Part shown: piece after piece, positions 59,246 to 64,000 of the stretch
Layout: each line of letters starts with the position of its first letter
Position numbering within the stretch: the first letter of the stretch is position 1
Origin: a bacterium
Lineage (GTDB): Bacteria; Zhuqueibacterota; Zhuqueibacteria; Zhuqueibacterales; Zhuqueibacteraceae
Assembly (NCBI GenBank): GCA_044869275.1
Contig: JBIOXB010000197.1
Location: forward strand, 1-64,000
Direction: 5' to 3'
Length of the DNA stretch: 64,000 nucleotides
Position numbers and translations under genes: made by a program
The notes under the pieces: generated by a model
Told to the model about the DNA's origin: nothing
Database searches by the model: none
What the model saw: the letters and a program-made list of their open reading frames with translations, nothing else

Positions 59246-60529
59246 ATGAAAACCAAGACAAAAATTCTTATCGGCGCAGGCATTCTGGCTTTGATTGCGC
59301 TGATTGCGTTTGCCAATTTCAAGTTCGCGCAGAAGAGTGTGACCAAAGTGGAGGCGCAAAAAGTACAGGAACGCGAGCTGCGCGCAATGGTTTCGGCCTC
59401 CGGCAAAATTCGAGCGAAAACTTCGGTTGATATCAGTGCCAGCACCACCGGCAAGGTCGTCAGCCTGGCGGTGGATGAAGGCGATCGCGTCGAAAGAGGC
59501 CAGTTGCTCATGCGCATCGATGCCACACCGGCGGAAACGCAAGTGAAACAAATTCAGGCGAGCTTGCAGGCCGCTCGTGCCACTTACGATTTGCAACGCG
59601 CCAACTTAGAGCAAGCTCAAATCGAAGCCGATCGCCAGCAAGCCTTGTTCGAAAAAAAATTGACCTCGGAAGAGTTGTTGCAAAAAGCCAAAACCGCTTT
59701 GAACGTGCAGAGGCTGCAAACCGTAGCAGCGCAACAAGACATTTCGCGCTGGGAAGCTATGTTGAAGAGCGCGCAACATGAATTGAGCAAGGTGAACGTC
59801 GTTTCCGACATTTCCGGCGTCGTGGTCAAGCGCAACATCGAAGAAGGCGAGAATGTTTTTGTTGGCGCCTTCAACAATCCGGCGACCGTACTTTTGACCG
59901 TTGCCGATCTTTCCATTATCGAAGCGGAAGTTGAAGTGGATGAGACCGACATCGTCAACGTGCGCGTGGATCAGGAAGTTGCCGTCAAGGTTGATGCCTA
60001 TCCCGACAGCTCGTTCAAAGGCAAAGTGACGAAAGTCGGGAGCAGCCCCATTTTGGGCGCGACCGGCGGCGCGCAACAGCAGGCCACGAGCTTCGAAGTG
60101 GTCGTACAACTGATAGATGAAATTCCGCGCGTGCGGCCGGGACTTTCGAACAAGGCGGAAATCACCACCGGTTATCGTCCTGAAGCGATTGCCGTGCCGA
60201 TTCAGGCATTGACGCTGCGCAAGCCTTCCGAGCTCAAGCCGCTTGATCCCAAGCAAAAACGCCGCCGCCTCGAGGCTACCAACGGTGAGAGCGATACCAC
60301 CAAAGTCAAAGAGAAAGAGTTACAGGGCGCCTTCATTATAAAAGACGGTAAAGCCGCTTTTCGCGAAGTCAAGACCGGTATAGCCGGCGACCGCTATTTC
60401 GAAGTGTTGTCCGGTTTGCAGGCGGGCGACGAAGTCATCACCGGGCCGTTCAGCGTGCTGCGCCGTTTGCGCGAGGGCGACGCCGTATCTTTGACCAAGC
60501 CGGCGGCGAAAAAAGACGGGGAAAAATAG
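59246..60529 (+). CDS. Efflux periplasmic adaptor subunit, MacA-like
   Basis: N-terminal TM; SASGKI, V.EGDRV..GQLL, VDETDI and V.TGI...Y.EV.SGL..GD.V motifs. Confidence 0.9.
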   Translation: MKTKTKILIGAGILALIALIAFANFKFAQKSVTKVEAQKVQERELRAMVSASGKIRAKTSVDISASTTGKVVSLAVDEGDRVERGQLLMRIDATPAETQVKQIQASLQAARATYDLQRANLEQAQIEADRQQALFEKKLTSEELLQKAKTALNVQRLQTVAAQQDISRWEAMLKSAQHELSKVNVVSDISGVVVKRNIEEGENVFVGAFNNPATVLLTVADLSIIEAEVEVDETDIVNVRVDQEVAVKVDAYPDSSFKGKVTKVGSSPILGATGGAQQQATSFEVVVQLIDEIPRVRPGLSNKAEITTGYRPEAIAVPIQALTLRKPSELKPLDPKQKRRRLEATNGESDTTKVKEKELQGAFIIKDGKAAFREVKTGIAGDRYFEVLSGLQAGDEVITGPFSVLRRLREGDAVSLTKPAAKKDGEK

Positions 60530-60532
60530 GCC

Positions 60533-61768
60533 ATGCAACAGATGGTGGAGAGCATCAGCATCGCTCTGCAAGCGCTGTGGGCGAACAAGTTGCGTTCGGC
60601 GCTGACGATTTTGTGCGTCATCATTTCGATCATGTCGATCATTGCCGTGGTATCGATTCTCGACGGCATGGATTATTACGTCAAAGAAAAAGTGCTGGAG
60701 CAGGGCAGCAACGTCTTTACCGTGACGCGCGTGAACGAATGGGAAATTCTGACGGATTTCGACAAATTTCTCAAGTCGCTCAAAAATCCCGAGCTGACTT
60801 TGGAAGACCAGGAGGCGATTCAAACGGAAGTGAACGAGGCGGAATTTGTTGATGCCGCACTGGATCGCAACGAGAGCTTGAATGTCGGCCGGCGTTTTGT
60901 CGAAAACGTCGAAATTCGCGGCCGCACGGCGGAGTATCCCGGCATCGGCGACTTCCCGCTGATCGAAGGCCGGCACTTCAGCGAAATCGACGTGCACCAA
61001 CGCCGTATGGTTGCCGTCGTCGGCTGGGAAGTGGCGCAAAACCTGTTTCCGGATCTCGACCCAATCGGACGAGCCGTGAAATTCTCCGGGCGTCATTACA
61101 CCATCATCGGCGTGGTGGAAAAAAAGCCTTCGGTGCTCGGCGGGAATCCCAACGTATTCGCCTTCATCCCGGTTACCGCTTTTTTGAAGCATTTCGGCAC
61201 GCATCGCTGGACGACCATCAACATTCCCGTGCGCACCGCCAGCATGGAGGCCTTCAATACGGCACAGGAAAAAGTGCGTACCGTCATGCGTATTCGCCAC
61301 AAGCTGAAGCCCAATCAAGAGGACGATTTTTACATTTCCACTTCGGAAACGCTGGTCAACTTATGGGCCGCGATCAGCGGCGCGCTGTTCGGCTCGTTAA
61401 TCGGCATCGTGAGCATCACGCTGGTGGTGGGTGGCATCATCATCATGAACGTCATGCTCGTGGCCGTCAACGAACGCACGCGCGAGATCGGCACGCGCAA
61501 AGCCGTGGGCGCGAAACGCCGGGATATTGCCCTGCAATTCATCGTGGAATCTTTGACGTTGACCGTTATCGGCGGCATGATCGGTATCGTGTTCGGATTT
61601 TTTGTCGCTTTCTTGGTCGCGGCTTTCTCACCGCTGCCTTATCGCATCGCGCCCTGGTCGATCTTCGCGGCTTTGGTGATCACGTTTATCGTCGGTTTGT
61701 TTTTCGGCGTATATCCGGCTTCGCGTGCCGCGCGGCTGGATCCCGTGGAGGCGTTGCGGTATGAATAA
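60533..61768 (+). CDS. MacB/FtsX-type ABC permease
   Basis: NKLRSALT, GG..IMNVML.AV.ERTREIG.RKAVGA and PA.RAA.LDPVEALRYE. Confidence 0.92.
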   Translation: MQQMVESISIALQALWANKLRSALTILCVIISIMSIIAVVSILDGMDYYVKEKVLEQGSNVFTVTRVNEWEILTDFDKFLKSLKNPELTLEDQEAIQTEVNEAEFVDAALDRNESLNVGRRFVENVEIRGRTAEYPGIGDFPLIEGRHFSEIDVHQRRMVAVVGWEVAQNLFPDLDPIGRAVKFSGRHYTIIGVVEKKPSVLGGNPNVFAFIPVTAFLKHFGTHRWTTINIPVRTASMEAFNTAQEKVRTVMRIRHKLKPNQEDDFYISTSETLVNLWAAISGALFGSLIGIVSITLVVGGIIIMNVMLVAVNERTREIGTRKAVGAKRRDIALQFIVESLTLTVIGGMIGIVFGFFVAFLVAAFSPLPYRIAPWSIFAALVITFIVGLFFGVYPASRAARLDPVEALRYE

Positions 61769-63008
61769 GACTGACCGGCGCCACGATTGGCTGAGCGAGG
61801 TGTTGGAATCCATGCGCGAGGCCCTCGAAGTCATGCGCTCGCACAAGCTACGTTCGGCGCTGGTGATTTTGGGCGTGATGATTGGCGTCGCGAGCTTGAT
61901 GGGCATGGTGGCGACGCTCAGTGGATTGGAAAAATTCTTGGAAGAATCCGTGAGCGGCAACGATACGCCGATCCTCTCTTTGCAAAAGACCGACGTGTTT
62001 TCCGGCGAGGGACATCGCGAGTGGGAGAAGCGCAAGAATTTCACGATCGACGATATGTTCGCGCTGGAAAGGCTGCCGCATGTGCGCGGCGTGATGGTGG
62101 TGTACGGCGACGGTGCCGTGGCGAAATACAAGGACCGCAAAGCGCGTTTGATTCAAGTCATCGGCACCAACCAGCCTTTTTTGCACGTCAACAGCATCAA
62201 CATCGACGAGGGGCGGTATTTTTCTCAATTCGAAGAAGATCACCGCCGCAAAGTGGTGGTTTTGGGAGACAAGGCCGCGCTCTCGCTCTTTCCTGACGAG
62301 GATCCGGTGGGCAAGCATATTCGTGTCGACGACAAAGACTATGAAGTCGTCGGCGTTTTTGCCCAGCGCAAGACCGTGTTCGGTAGTTTGGCCGACAATT
62401 TCATGGCCGTGCCTTTCACTTCATTCGAGCGCGATTTTCTGCATTACCGGCAGGGGCCGGAATTCCGCGTCATCGTGGAGAGCATGCGCTACCTCGATGA
62501 AGCCAAGGAAAACGTGCGTGCGTTGATGCGTATGCGGCGCAAGGTACCGCTTGGCCAACCCGACGATTTCGCGGTGATCACATCGGAAGCAGTGATGGAG
62601 TTCACCAAGAAGCTGACGGATGCCGTGGCTTTGGTGCTGGTCGTGCTTTCCTCCATTGCGTTGATGGTGGGCGGCGTTGGAGTGATGGTGATCATGCTGG
62701 TGTCCGTCACCGAGCGCACGCGCGAGATCGGCATTCGCAAAGCCATCGGCGCCACGCGGCGCGTCATCACGTGGCAGTTCTTGATCGAAGCCGCGACGCT
62801 GACCGGCATCGGCGGATTTTTGGGAATCTTGGTGGGAATCGGACTGGCCTTGATTGCTTCGTCGCTGCTGGGATTCCCGTTCGTGCTGCCCGTCGAGTGG
62901 GTCATTTTTTCCGTGCTGCTTTCTGCCAGCATCGGCCTGTTTTTCGGCATCGTCCCGGCGCGCAAAGCGGCGAAGCTGGACCCCATTGTCGCGCTGCGGT
63001 ATGAATGA
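61761..63008 (+). CDS. MacB/FtsX-type ABC permease, second paralog
   Basis: HKLRSAL, SVTERTREIGIRKAIGA and LDPIVALRYE; start overlaps the previous gene. Confidence 0.92.
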   Translation: MNKTDRRHDWLSEVLESMREALEVMRSHKLRSALVILGVMIGVASLMGMVATLSGLEKFLEESVSGNDTPILSLQKTDVFSGEGHREWEKRKNFTIDDMFALERLPHVRGVMVVYGDGAVAKYKDRKARLIQVIGTNQPFLHVNSINIDEGRYFSQFEEDHRRKVVVLGDKAALSLFPDEDPVGKHIRVDDKDYEVVGVFAQRKTVFGSLADNFMAVPFTSFERDFLHYRQGPEFRVIVESMRYLDEAKENVRALMRMRRKVPLGQPDDFAVITSEAVMEFTKKLTDAVALVLVVLSSIALMVGGVGVMVIMLVSVTERTREIGIRKAIGATRRVITWQFLIEAATLTGIGGFLGILVGIGLALIASSLLGFPFVLPVEWVIFSVLLSASIGLFFGIVPARKAAKLDPIVALRYE

Positions 63009-63100
63009 GACGTGAGAGGTGAAACGGCAGACGTAATTAGTTGAACTGAATGCGCCTCACTTTTCAGATCCCACGTCTCACGTTTATCGTCTCACATCTG
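63006..63100. repeat. Inverted heptamer repeat cluster
   Basis: TGAGACG TGAGAGG TGAAACG ... CCTCAC, CGTCTCA and CGTCTCA units between convergent genes. Confidence 0.75.
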
Positions 63101-63118
63101 TGGACATACCCCTCCTCC

Positions 63119-64000
63119 TCAAACCTTCACCGCCTCCGCCTCTTCAATCAAATCCACATCCGGCTTGACTTCGGCGTTCAAAGCCACCTGCCCGCGCTCG
63201 CTGCGCACGATGCGCGAAAACAGCGAAAGCCGCGAATCGAACAAAAAGCGAAACAGCAGTTTCGTCCACGACTGATGCGCCGCAAGCTGATCATAGATTT
63301 CCGGCACAGTTTTTTTGACTTTGGGGAGATTGTTCCACGGCACCGAGGGGAAATCGTGGTGTTCGTTGTGAAAGCCCACGTTGAACGCGAGCTTGTTCAA
63401 TCCGCCGTAATAACTGTAGGTCTCCTGCTCACCGTCATCGGTGAGATAATGGCGTTGAATCCAGCGCGCCCCCAAAGGATGCAGGCCGACGGAAAAAAAC
63501 AGCGACAGCGCAAGATAAGCCAAGGCTTTGGGGCCGAGATAAATCCACACCAGCGCATCAAAGCTGAACTGCACGACCCAATTGAGAAAAATCCACCCGT
63601 CGATGAAAGCGATTTCTTTCAAGCGATGCGGCCGCAAACCTTGAAACACGGGATAAAACAGCAGCCACAGCGCTTTGCCGAGAAAGGAATTGCCCACCAG
63701 CTTCGCTTCCCAACGATGAGGAAGATCGGCGTCCAATTCATAAACGCCTTGAAAAGCGTGGTGCTTCAAATGATAGCGCTGAAACGAAACCGAGCTGGGA
63801 ATGACCTGCGGCAGATTGGCAAACATGCCGGTGAAAATATTTGAGGCCTTGCGTTTGAATACCAAATTGTGCGCGCATTCGTGAATGATCACGAAGAGAG
63901 CGTGATCCGCAAAGGCGCCGACCAAATAGGCCACACCGAAAATCAGCCACCATGATTGCTCGCGCAACACGTACGCCAGTGCGACTTGAATCAGCACGAT
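63119..64000 (-). CDS. Membrane fatty-acid desaturase, sphingolipid delta-4 desaturase (DEGS1)-like; 5' end outside the window
   Basis: His boxes HECAH, HLKHH and HNEHH; LHP.GAR and QETYSYYG.LN...FNVG.HNEHHDFP. Confidence 0.85.
   Translation of the reverse strand: MVLIQVALAYVLREQSWWLIFGVAYLVGAFADHALFVIIHECAHNLVFKRKASNIFTGMFANLPQVIPSSVSFQRYHLKHHAFQGVYELDADLPHRWEAKLVGNSFLGKALWLLFYPVFQGLRPHRLKEIAFIDGWIFLNWVVQFSFDALVWIYLGPKALAYLALSLFFSVGLHPLGARWIQRHYLTDDGEQETYSYYGGLNKLAFNVGFHNEHHDFPSVPWNNLPKVKKTVPEIYDQLAAHQSWTKLLFRFLFDSRLSLFSRIVRSERGQVALNAEVKPDVDLIEEAEAVKV

Overview
A gene-dense, mostly GC-rich bacterial chromosomal segment with about 50 CDS. I found no rRNA, tRNA, CRISPR array or intact transposase. 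The T9SS-type C-terminal sorting domain, DUF4382 lipoprotein, CxxxY-type CcmE and kinase-associated ECF sigma suggest an FCB-related lineage such as KSB1/Calditrichota-like (inference, not verified). Housekeeping genes include add, ccmF/ccmE, rny, an acyl-CoA dehydrogenase, miaB, xth, rlmD, rsgA, ggt, uvrA and MacAB-like efflux components. The most notable items are: (1) Ku directly upstream of a BRCT + MerR-like HTH + TPR gene and beside exonuclease III, with no LigD in the window; (2) an ECF sigma / B12-radical SAM / membrane AraC / TPR lipoprotein / Ser-Thr kinase locus; (3) a 14-codon leader peptide plus terminator ahead of an ABC exporter and DUF1854 gene; (4) a DEGS1-like sphingolipid desaturase at the right edge; (5) several internally deleted, frameshifted genes (AAC(6')-like, TPM, VOC) and other remnants; (6) many inverted short-tandem-repeat clusters and REP/MITE elements, one of them in frame inside the kinase; (7) a stand-alone Pycsar-type membrane effector and duplicated CBS genes, one behind a sigma54-type promoter. 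All calls come from reading motifs by eye; no searches were run.
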